Origin: Candidatus Parcubacteria bacterium
GTDB taxonomy: Bacteria; Patescibacteriota; Patescibacteriia; Patescibacteriales; UBA12465
DNA: 64,000 nt
Reading direction: 5' to 3'
Assembly: GCA_023444045.1 (NCBI GenBank)
Contig: JAEZRQ010000001.1
Location: 2,000 to 65,999 of the forward strand
The notes beneath the pieces are model-generated. The model saw nothing but the letters and a program-made list of their open reading frames with translations. It ran no database searches and was not told where the DNA came from. Position 1 is the first letter of the stretch. Every line of letters begins with the position of its first letter. Shown piece after piece: positions 55,980 to 63,782 of the stretch. A program made the translations under genes and the position numbers.

Positions 55980-56759
55980 ATGGAAATAATTTCAAGTGAA
56001 CAAAATCAAAAAATAAAAAACCTGATCAAGCTCAGAGAAAAAAGCCGCGATCGTAAAAAATTAGGTCTTTTTGTGGTTGATGGCCTACGAGAGATAAAAG
56101 AAGTGATTGCCGGTGGTTTTGTAATTGAAGAGCTTTTTATTTGTTCTAATTTTTTTAAAAAAGAGCTTGATTTTAAAGTAGAAAAGATAGTTAATGTTTC
56201 AGATTTGGTTTATAAAAAAATATCATACAAAGAAAAACCAGAGGGAATCTTAGCTCTAGTAAAAACCCAAACAAAAAATATTGATGAGATAAAACTTGAC
56301 CAGAATTCATTAATTTTAGTTTTAGAGGCGGTAGAAAAACCAGGTAATTTAGGGGCAATTATTAGAAGTGCTTATGCTGTTGGAGTTGATTTAATAATTA
56401 TTAACGATGAGCAAACTGATATCTATAACCCCAATGTAATTAGAGCTAGCGAAGGCTTACTCTTTAAAATTCCTATAATATCATCTAATTTTAAAGAAAC
56501 TCAGAAGTTTTTAGATAAAAATAAAATAAAAACCGTCGCCACATCGCTTGGTGGAGGTAAAAATCATACTGAGATTAATTATCAAGAAGCGGTGGCTATT
56601 ATTTTAGGAACAGAATCAAACGGTTTAAGTGGTAAGTGGCTAAAAGCGGCTAATGAAGTTGTTAACATTCCAATGAAACCCGGAATAGACTCCTTAAACG
56701 TGTCTGTTTCAGCGGCTATTTTAATTTTTGAAGCTTGGCGGCAAAGAGGCTTTAGATAA
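55980..56759 (+). CDS. SpoU/TrmH-family RNA 2'-O-methyltransferase
   Basis: PGNLGAIIRSA, IPMKPGIDSLNVSVSAAILIFE. Start placed at ATG 55980, 7 nt after TGaTATAAT. Confidence 0.85.
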   Translation: MEIISSEQNQKIKNLIKLREKSRDRKKLGLFVVDGLREIKEVIAGGFVIEELFICSNFFKKELDFKVEKIVNVSDLVYKKISYKEKPEGILALVKTQTKNIDEIKLDQNSLILVLEAVEKPGNLGAIIRSAYAVGVDLIIINDEQTDIYNPNVIRASEGLLFKIPIISSNFKETQKFLDKNKIKTVATSLGGGKNHTEINYQEAVAIILGTESNGLSGKWLKAANEVVNIPMKPGIDSLNVSVSAAILIFEAWRQRGFR

Positions 56760-56803
56760 TTGACTTAAAGTCCCTTATCTTGTAGAATCTAAAAAGTAAA
56801 TTT

Positions 56804-56875
56804 GCGCCCATAGTTCAATGGATAGAACACCAGCCTTCTAAGCTGGTTATGGGGGTTCGATTCCCTCTGGGCGTA
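56804..56875 (+). tRNA. tRNA-Arg (anticodon UCU)
   Basis: Acceptor GCGCCCA/TGGGCGT, anticodon loop CTTCTAA, T arm GGGGGTTCGATTCCCTC. Confidence 0.9.
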
Positions 56876-56896
56876 CTTATAATTAATTTTAATTTT

Positions 56897-57034
56897 ATGG
56901 AAAATAATAATGATAAGCCGTTAACTGAGGAAGAAATTGCTCAGATGGATGCTTTATTTGGCTTTGGTGGTTGTAATTGCAGTACCTGTGATCATGGTTG
57001 TCATGACGAGGCTGAAGAAGGAGAAGACAAATAA
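56897..57034 (+). CDS. Possible 45-aa acidic Cys/His-rich peptide
   Basis: MENNNDKPLTEEEIAQMDALFGFGGCNCSTCDHGCHDEAEEGEDK. The track ORF start at 56849 overlaps tRNA-Arg, so the internal ATG is used. No SD is seen. Confidence 0.3.
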   Translation: MENNNDKPLTEEEIAQMDALFGFGGCNCSTCDHGCHDEAEEGEDK

Positions 57035-57054
57035 TCAGAATATTTTAGAATAAT

Positions 57055-57129
57055 GGTGCCTATGGTGTAGTGGTAACACAGCAGGTTGTGGTCCTGTTAT
57101 TTCGGGTTCGATTCCCGATAGGCACCCCA
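57055..57129 (+). tRNA. tRNA-His (anticodon GUG) with encoded G-1 and CCA
   Basis: G-1 followed by GTGCCTA/TAGGCAC, C73, CCA; anticodon loop TTGTGGT. A terminator hairpin acgag-tttaaaag-ctcgt plus T-run follows at ~57139-57163. Confidence 0.92.
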
Positions 57130-58574
57130 TTTTGAAAAGACGAGTTTAAAAGCTCGTTTTTTCTGTTATATAAGGGTAAAAATGAGGTTTGCCAGTCTAA
57201 ATTTACCCCTGACGGGAATATTTTGATAGTTTTTATCATTTTTTTAATAAGATTAGCCTTATTTTCGTGGTTTGCCACTTTATAGGCATAAGCGGGATTT
57301 GATAGTAGTTTTGTAAGCTCCTCAATTTTACTAAATGAGGTTTCGTTAGTCCTTTGAAAGTCTTTTATTTGAGAATCAAGGGCACTCTTTTCAAGAATAA
57401 ATTGCTTCTTTTTTTCTTCATAAACATCTTTATCAATCGTTCCTTCTAAAAGATGGTCAGTTAGCTTGCTTAATTTATCATTACAACTAATCACTCTAAG
57501 ATTTAAACTCTGATTCATTTTTTCAAGCTCAAAGACATAAGATTTTTTTAAGTCTTTAGCAATTTTTAATAGTTGGGCGGTTTCTTCTTTATCAAATTTA
57601 ATTTTATCAATTTCATTTAATAATATATCTTCAACTGTGTTCTCAGAGTAGCTTTTTGCTCCACAAGCTTTATTGCGACAATAGTAATATGGATATTTGT
57701 GTTTAGCGGTCATTGATTTTAATGTTTGTCCACATAAACCACAAGTTAAGATGTGTTTAAATTTATAATCGTTTTTATGAGTATGAGGAGTAAATCTTCT
57801 TTGTAAAACATCTTGAACTTTTTTGAATAATTTATCAGAAACAATTGCGGGATGTAGTCCAATATTAAGTTTGCCTTTTATGTCAATGATGCCCATATAG
57901 TATTTATCATTTAAGATTCTACTGATTTTTGTATACTCAATTCTTTTGTTGTTATAGGTTCTCAGACCCTTCTTATACATTTCATCAGCTAGCTCATGAA
58001 GAGTGTATTTACCAGTAGCATATAAATCAAAACATTTTTTAATTAAAGGTGCTGTTATTGGGTCAAGTTCTCTCATGCCAATTCCAGATTTTTTATATCC
58101 TAATAAAACTCTTCCAAAAACTGTATAACCAAGCTCTGCTTTTTTGTTCATACCCTTTTTAGTCTCCTGTGATAAATTAGCAATAAAATCTTCAGCCATT
58201 ACAGCTTTCATAGTACAGGTTAATGAGCCACCTCTACTGTTTAAGTCTGAACCATCACGACTAAAACAAATATTATAACCAGCATTTGATAGCTCTTTTA
58301 TTTTTGCCCAGTCGCTAATAGATCGGCAAGATCTATCTACGTCGTGAAAAATTATTCCCTTAACGCTTTTTGATTTTTTAATTTCCACTAGCATTAAACC
58401 GAACTGCTTTCGACCTTTTTTAGCAGCACTTTGTACTTCACGGAATTCTTTTACAATTTGAAACCCTCTTTCTTTTGCAAATTTTTGATTTGCTTCTTGT
58501 TGAGCTTCAAGGGAAGCCCCTGTTTCTGCTTGGTTTAGAGACGAAACTCTGTAATAGCTATAATATTTATCCAT
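57060..58574 (-). CDS. Large serine recombinase (integrase)
   Basis: N-terminal resolvase domain (YYRVSSLNQ catalytic Ser, HDVDRSCRS), recombinase domain, zinc ribbon (CGLCGQTL...YYYCRNKAC) and coiled coil. The last ~23 codons are antisense to tRNA-His. Confidence 0.85.
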   Translation of the reverse strand: MDKYYSYYRVSSLNQAETGASLEAQQEANQKFAKERGFQIVKEFREVQSAAKKGRKQFGLMLVEIKKSKSVKGIIFHDVDRSCRSISDWAKIKELSNAGYNICFSRDGSDLNSRGGSLTCTMKAVMAEDFIANLSQETKKGMNKKAELGYTVFGRVLLGYKKSGIGMRELDPITAPLIKKCFDLYATGKYTLHELADEMYKKGLRTYNNKRIEYTKISRILNDKYYMGIIDIKGKLNIGLHPAIVSDKLFKKVQDVLQRRFTPHTHKNDYKFKHILTCGLCGQTLKSMTAKHKYPYYYCRNKACGAKSYSENTVEDILLNEIDKIKFDKEETAQLLKIAKDLKKSYVFELEKMNQSLNLRVISCNDKLSKLTDHLLEGTIDKDVYEEKKKQFILEKSALDSQIKDFQRTNETSFSKIEELTKLLSNPAYAYKVANHENKANLIKKMIKTIKIFPSGVNLDWQTSFLPLYNRKNELLNSSFQNGVPIGNRTRNNRTTTCCVTTTP

Positions 58575-58643
58575 ATATTTATAGGTGATTAAATAGGGAT
58601 TTATTTATCATATTTTAATTAGATTAATGACTACCTTAAAAAG

Positions 58644-59387
58644 CTATCGTAAAATCAACTCAACCGCTGACTGATATCTTTCACCCTTGTAAGAGATTAG
58701 ACCCTTTTTATAAATTGGATTACTTAAAATCTTTTTAATTGTTGATGGACTCCACTTCTCGTTTCCTCTCTTAGTCGGGATACTTAAATCCGTTAAAGTA
58801 TTAGCAATTATTTTTAGGGACTTCTTTTTTCTTTTTAGATTAAATATCAACATAATCGTTTTAGCTTCTTGTTGGTTAATTACTAAGTTGCCCTCATTGT
58901 TGTCATAACCATAAATTTTACCACCATGCCAACCACCATTTTTAGCCTTTCTTTCTCTACCACCTTCAAGTCTTAAAGCGATCATTGCTCTTTCAAATTC
59001 AGAGAATACACCAAGCATTTGTCTAAACGCCTTTCTGAAAGGATCGCTACTGTCTAAATCAGGCTCAAGAGCTGAAATTAATTGCTTCTCATTTTTATTA
59101 AACTCTTTTATCAAACCCTCTTGAATATATAAATCTCTTGCTAACCTATCTAACTTATAGATGATTATATGTTCCGCTTCTGTGTTGTTTAATAAATCAA
59201 GAAGATTTTTTAATCCTGGTCTATCGCTTAATCCACCACTGAACCCATCATCTGAAAATTCTTCAATAATCAGGTATTCATTTTTGATAGCAAATTCTCT
59301 GACCTTCATTTTTTGAACTTCAATTGTTCCTTCTTCTTTTTGAAGATCAGTTGATACACGATAATAGGCAAGTGCTTTTTTTGTCAT
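58644..59387 (-). CDS. Serine recombinase, short form (resolvase domain plus partial recombinase domain, no zinc ribbon)
   Basis: YYRVSTDLQ catalytic Ser, YKLDRLARD, FSEFERAMIALRLEGG, then WSPSTIKKILSNPIYKG, a recombinase-domain motif. Confidence 0.8.
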   Translation of the reverse strand: MTKKALAYYRVSTDLQKEEGTIEVQKMKVREFAIKNEYLIIEEFSDDGFSGGLSDRPGLKNLLDLLNNTEAEHIIIYKLDRLARDLYIQEGLIKEFNKNEKQLISALEPDLDSSDPFRKAFRQMLGVFSEFERAMIALRLEGGRERKAKNGGWHGGKIYGYDNNEGNLVINQQEAKTIMLIFNLKRKKKSLKIIANTLTDLSIPTKRGNEKWSPSTIKKILSNPIYKKGLISYKGERYQSAVELILR

Positions 59388-59540
59388 AGATTTTTGATTA
59401 GGGATGATTAGAAATGCTTATAATATAAGACGCAAATCAAAAAATCTAAATGTCTCAATAATAAATCGTGTAGCTATACAGGAAAAATATACGTGGTAAT
59501 TCTGTTTTTTAGTTTTTTATAACCCTTATATATTAAAAAT

Positions 59541-60722
59541 CTAAAAAGCAGAATTTATAGTATAGAATTTCTTATTTTTTTCTTTTGTCTCTACTATTAT
59601 TTTTTGTTCGTTCTCAAGAGTTTTTAAAATCTTTAACAAGACATTTTTTCCAATAGTTCCTTGAAATTGTTTACTTAAATCCTCTTGAGTTATTGGAGAA
59701 TCACTTTCTTCTATAAAAGACAGAACAGAATCTTGTTGATGTAGTGTTTTAATTTGTTGGTTATGAGTATCTTCAGAATAACCTTTAAAAACAAAATTTA
59801 ATTTATCTTCTTCTTGGGTTGGAGAAATAATAAATGGTTTGAGTTCTGGTTGGATGCGATTTTTTGTTTGGTTAATTATTAAATCATTACCAACTCTTTT
59901 TATCATCATCTGACATTCTAGTGCGGCTAAAATATCAACAGAGCCACGCATCATTTGATTGCCATAATTTTGATTATCTTGACCCTTTCGATTATGGTGA
60001 TTTATAAGAACCGTTATTCCTTTTTCTTTTAATACAGATATTTTACGGAACAAACTCGACATATCTTTAGCACTATTTTCATCACCAGAGTGAATTCTAA
60101 TTAAACTATCAATAATAAGAACTTTAATTTTTCTTCTTGTTAATTCGCTTAATAACATTTCGATATTTTCATAGTTATCAGCCATAAAACCAGTCATAAT
60201 ACTAAAACTAAGATTGGTATCTCCGTCATCTCCTAATTTAATCAACCTGTCTTTTATTAATTTGTCTGAATCCTCTTCATCGATTATTAAGACATTTGAT
60301 TTTTTTACGTTAAAAACGCCGAAGACGGGCTCACCTTTAGAAATACATAAAGCAAAATATAAAGTTAGCCAAGTTTTAAAACTCCCTGGTTTTGCAGAAA
60401 GAATGTTTATTGATCCTTCTGGTAAGATGTCTTGTATAATCCAATCTTGATGTATATCAGATGTTATTAATGTTTTACTAGACTGTATTTTAAGAGGATT
60501 ATTTTTTGCGTTTAATTTTAATATCCTTTTTCTATTTTTAATTTCTTGTCTGACTAATTGTTTTAAAGCACCCATTTTTAGCGGGCTATTAATTGCTTGA
60601 TTTAATCCTTTTAAATATCTAACAACTGTTTTAAAATCAGTATTATCAACCAAATCAATAACATGAGGAATAATTTTTTTAATATCCATATTATTAAGAC
60701 TTAAAATATTTATTAATAGCAT
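59541..60722 (-). CDS. RepA/AAA_25-like RecA-fold ATPase with C-terminal winged-helix (replication or mobilisation protein)
   Basis: P-loop-like SAKPGSFKT, VLIIDSLIRIHSGDENSAKDM (Walker B region typical of the RepA/KaiC-like fold), NHHNRKG. An alternative start lies at 60689. Confidence 0.6.
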   Translation of the reverse strand: MLLINILSLNNMDIKKIIPHVIDLVDNTDFKTVVRYLKGLNQAINSPLKMGALKQLVRQEIKNRKRILKLNAKNNPLKIQSSKTLITSDIHQDWIIQDILPEGSINILSAKPGSFKTWLTLYFALCISKGEPVFGVFNVKKSNVLIIDEEDSDKLIKDRLIKLGDDGDTNLSFSIMTGFMADNYENIEMLLSELTRRKIKVLIIDSLIRIHSGDENSAKDMSSLFRKISVLKEKGITVLINHHNRKGQDNQNYGNQMMRGSVDILAALECQMMIKRVGNDLIINQTKNRIQPELKPFIISPTQEEDKLNFVFKGYSEDTHNQQIKTLHQQDSVLSFIEESDSPITQEDLSKQFQGTIGKNVLLKILKTLENEQKIIVETKEKNKKFYTINSAF

Positions 60723-60930
60723 CTTTAGCTATTTCGTGGGCATAAAAAATATCATCCTCAACTGGACAGTAAAAATCTCTATCAATTGTTCGGTACTCTT
60801 TTTTATGATCAAGTTTGATAAAGATCATATAGTTGTGAGGAATTTTTGTTATTGAGTAGTTTTTACTATCAAATAACAAAATACCAATTCTTTTTTGTCT
60901 TGCTCTTTCAAGCGCTTGTAGTTTGTTCAT
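60694..60930 (-). CDS. Hypothetical protein (78 aa) of the mobile element
   Basis: ORF only. Positioned directly upstream of the ATPase. Confidence 0.4.
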   Translation of the reverse strand: MNKLQALERARQKRIGILLFDSKNYSITKIPHNYMIFIKLDHKKEYRTIDRDFYCPVEDDIFYAHEIAKDAINKYFKS

Positions 60931-60939
60931 AGGTTTTGC

Positions 60940-61023
60940 GGGTTAATTAGATAATTTTATTGCTCGAAAATATCCAAGATTATCTCGACATATTCTATGA
61001 GGTTTTGATTATCTAATTTACCC
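60940..61023. repeat. 16-bp inverted repeat pair flanking a 52-bp spacer
   Basis: gggttaattagataat (60940-60955) versus the reverse complement of attatctaatttaccc (61008-61023), 15/16 match. Each arm is preceded by aggttttg. Confidence 0.7.
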
Positions 61024-61096
61024 ATAAAAAAATAGACTTAATTTCTTAAGTCTATTTTAACGAGTTTCAATATTGATACCGTGACATTTGTTGGTG

Positions 61097-61858
61097 TTAA
61101 CAAATGTTTGATATTTTATCTTTAAATCTTTTTTTTCTTTGTCTTAAAGTTGAGAGAGATTTGTTTTTTACTTTTTTATTATCATCAAGATTAAAAACGT
61201 CTAATGCGTCATAACCATCTAATTTATCCTGATATACCTCTTTATCTTTACTATAAAGTTTACTTGCTCTGTCCCTTCCTTTTTTATAATTGTTCATATT
61301 CTTTTGAAAGAAATTCATGACAGATAATAACTCTTCCACATCTTTTTTTGTCGCATTTGGTCCACACCTTATTACCATATTCCCATATCGATCCCTCGTT
61401 AATTGAGCTTCTTTTGTTTCGGGAATAAATAAGTTGTTAAATAGAATATAATGGACAATTCCCGGGAATGGTTTTTCATTTATTAAATGATAAAAAGTTC
61501 TTTCATTTTCTAAATAGTATAAATCAGTTGGATAATTATCATTAGTTTCAGGATCAGTTAAGCAATTATAAACCTTATTTAAAAATATACTTGGGTTAGT
61601 TTTTATTATTTTTGTATTTTTTATTGAAAGATCTTTAAAGTTATTAGCCTTATTATTTATTATCCATTCTTTAAAATCCTTAGAGATAGTTTTGAATCCT
61701 TTTTTTGGTATAAGCCATTTGCTTCTTATTCGTTTAATATCCTCAATAAAAGAATCATTAAGAGTCACTTTTTCAAATAACTGTTCCATAGCACTTATTA
61801 CTGATTTATTGCGAATATTTATTTTTATATCATTGTCTTTATCCATATTTTTATCCAC
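61097..61858 (-). CDS. Hypothetical protein (253 aa) of the mobile element
   Basis: ORF with its own minus-strand terminator (~61031-61056). No motif recognised. Confidence 0.5.
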   Translation of the reverse strand: MDKNMDKDNDIKINIRNKSVISAMEQLFEKVTLNDSFIEDIKRIRSKWLIPKKGFKTISKDFKEWIINNKANNFKDLSIKNTKIIKTNPSIFLNKVYNCLTDPETNDNYPTDLYYLENERTFYHLINEKPFPGIVHYILFNNLFIPETKEAQLTRDRYGNMVIRCGPNATKKDVEELLSVMNFFQKNMNNYKKGRDRASKLYSKDKEVYQDKLDGYDALDVFNLDDNKKVKNKSLSTLRQRKKRFKDKISNIC

Positions 61859-61924
61859 TTCGTTAAAACGGAGTGTATGAATTAACTTATATTTATAGTT
61901 TAAAGCCTATAAAAATAAGCGTCA

Positions 61925-61953
61925 ATAAAAGAGGGTAACTGACTGATACCCTC
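61925..61953 (-). terminator. Intrinsic terminator after the four-gene cargo operon
   Basis: On the minus strand, gagggta-tcagtcagt-taccctc followed by ttttatt. Confidence 0.7.
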
Positions 61954-62012
61954 TCTTTCGGACTTACACAAAGTGTAAAATCGTTCTTAAGCTTCTTAGA
62001 GAATTTTGTGAA

Positions 62013-62387
62013 CTATCGATTTAAGCCATTTTTATATAAACATAAATTTAAACGAACATCCACTGCTTCCGCCTGATCTGTTGTGATGTTATTTTCCTTA
62101 GTCCAAGAAGAAACCTCGTAAGCACAATTTACTCTAATTTTTGTAGGTCTAGTGCTAAACCAATAAAAACAAAAACCCGAAATAAGAATAATAACTATAA
62201 ACAAAGAGATGCTAACTTTTTCTTGCTTCATATAATTTCGTAAAATAAGGATAATTAAAAAGCTTAATAAAATAGAGATAAAAATCATTTGTAGAATTTG
62301 ATTAGAAACAATCCAGTTAGCTAAAGGAGATAACTCATCGCCATTTAAAGCCACGCCTTTTATCAGTGTTTTAAAGAATAAAGACAT
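62013..62387 (-). CDS. Hypothetical membrane protein (124 aa, 2-3 TM)
   Basis: Hydrophobic segments. 1-nt gap to the upstream gene. Confidence 0.5.
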   Translation of the reverse strand: MSLFFKTLIKGVALNGDELSPLANWIVSNQILQMIFISILLSFLIILILRNYMKQEKVSISLFIVIILISGFCFYWFSTRPTKIRVNCAYEVSSWTKENNITTDQAEAVDVRLNLCLYKNGLNR

Positions 62388-62388
62388 A

Positions 62389-62658
62389 CTATTTTTTTGT
62401 TAAATTTATATAATTTAAGGCATTTGTTAAATTAGCAATTCCATTTTTAGCATATTCTTCTCCTTTTGTTTTTAGCCAATAATCACCAACATCTTTATAT
62501 CCTAATTTCTCAGCCATCAAGTTTACCTCTTTAATTAATAGAGTTGTTGTAATGTAAATAGAGGCGTCTCCTTGTCCCCTTGCTCTTCCTCCCCAAGAAG
62601 CTACAAAAATAGCGGTTATAATTGCCGTAATTATGGCTGTTAAAATAATAGGTAGCAT
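62389..62658 (-). CDS. Hypothetical N-terminally anchored protein (89 aa)
   Basis: TM with internal AIITAIITAI repeat, then a soluble region. Confidence 0.5.
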   Translation of the reverse strand: MLPIILTAIITAIITAIFVASWGGRARGQGDASIYITTTLLIKEVNLMAEKLGYKDVGDYWLKTKGEEYAKNGIANLTNALNYINLTKK

Positions 62659-62676
62659 AGTTTTATTAAATTTATT

Positions 62677-63363
62677 TTATAAATTATTTTTTATTACTTC
62701 TAAAATTTCTTGATTTGATAAATCGTCAATACCACATCCAGGAATTGATCCAAAAACATCTTTTATAAAAACAAAAATATAATCTGACCCAATAAGATCG
62801 CCAGATTCTTTTAATTCATAAATACTAAAAATTGCCTTGGTTTTAGATTGGTCCGGTTCTTTATTATTATTTTTTGTAATAATTAAAAATGTTTTATTAT
62901 TTGTTTGTGCTATTTTTAAAACTTTACCTCCATTGCACCCCATTATTTCACTAATTAAAAAATCTCTTTCAAAGTCTAAGATTTTTTTATCCTTATTTTC
63001 TTTAGTTACAATATTCCAATTACTACTCTTTTTGATAAAGAAATTATAAACATCAGTATTAGCGTTTGTGTGATAATCATAATAATCAGCCCCAACAATA
63101 TGAGAAACAAAGACGTTGTCATCAGTTCCATCAAAGTTTAAATCGATATAATTATTACCAGGAGCAAAAGAATATATTTTTATTTTGTCATCCTCTTGTT
63201 CTAATAACGCTTTAGAACTTGTTTTAGTTGGCTCAAATTGCTCTGGCTTATTTTGGATATCCTTTTTTTGATTTATTAAATAATATCCAAGAGAAGTTAT
63301 AAAAAATAAAACAATCAAGCCAATAAAAATTAAAAGATATTTTTTATTTATTTTTTCTGTCAT
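62677..63363 (-). CDS. Hypothetical N-terminally anchored extracytoplasmic protein (228 aa)
   Basis: One TM followed by a ~190-aa beta-rich domain containing a DLNFDGTDDNVF (calcium-binding-like) segment. Confidence 0.5.
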   Translation of the reverse strand: MTEKINKKYLLIFIGLIVLFFITSLGYYLINQKKDIQNKPEQFEPTKTSSKALLEQEDDKIKIYSFAPGNNYIDLNFDGTDDNVFVSHIVGADYYDYHTNANTDVYNFFIKKSSNWNIVTKENKDKKILDFERDFLISEIMGCNGGKVLKIAQTNNKTFLIITKNNNKEPDQSKTKAIFSIYELKESGDLIGSDYIFVFIKDVFGSIPGCGIDDLSNQEILEVIKNNL

Positions 63364-63782
63364 ATATTTTTAATTCTAGTTTCATTAAAGCTATTTATAT
63401 TATTTAAAATATCAGCGACAGAAACATTATTTTTTATTATCAACCAGTTTAATTTTGAAATTCTTGAATAAATATATTCAATTTCGTAAGAATTTTGATT
63501 TAAACCTTCTTTTAAATAAACAACAACGATATCATTTTTTAATTCAGATTCTTTTGTTCTGAAATCTTCTAACAAATTATCTCTACTTATAGATAAGTAG
63601 TCGTTAGGCATTATATGATGCTTAATAAAAATAATATCTTGACCGCTTTTTATAGCTTCAAGATATTTTTCTTCGTAATTATTTGGTTGAGTATTTTTGC
63701 TCACAATAAATGAGCTTGCCTTTGAGATGTCTTCAGCTAGATTTTTAATAGATTCTTCTTGTCCTATTAATAGTAAAATCAT
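63360..63782 (-). CDS. Hypothetical cytoplasmic protein (140 aa), first gene of the cargo operon
   Basis: ORF with a 4-nt overlap onto the next gene. No motif recognised. Confidence 0.5.
   Translation of the reverse strand: MILLLIGQEESIKNLAEDISKASSFIVSKNTQPNNYEEKYLEAIKSGQDIIFIKHHIMPNDYLSISRDNLLEDFRTKESELKNDIVVVYLKEGLNQNSYEIEYIYSRISKLNWLIIKNNVSVADILNNINSFNETRIKNI

Noticed and set aside
56849-56896. Upstream part of track ORF 56849-57034
   Set aside because: It overlaps the 3' half of tRNA-Arg(UCU). Only the internal ATG at 56897 could be real, and even that has low confidence.
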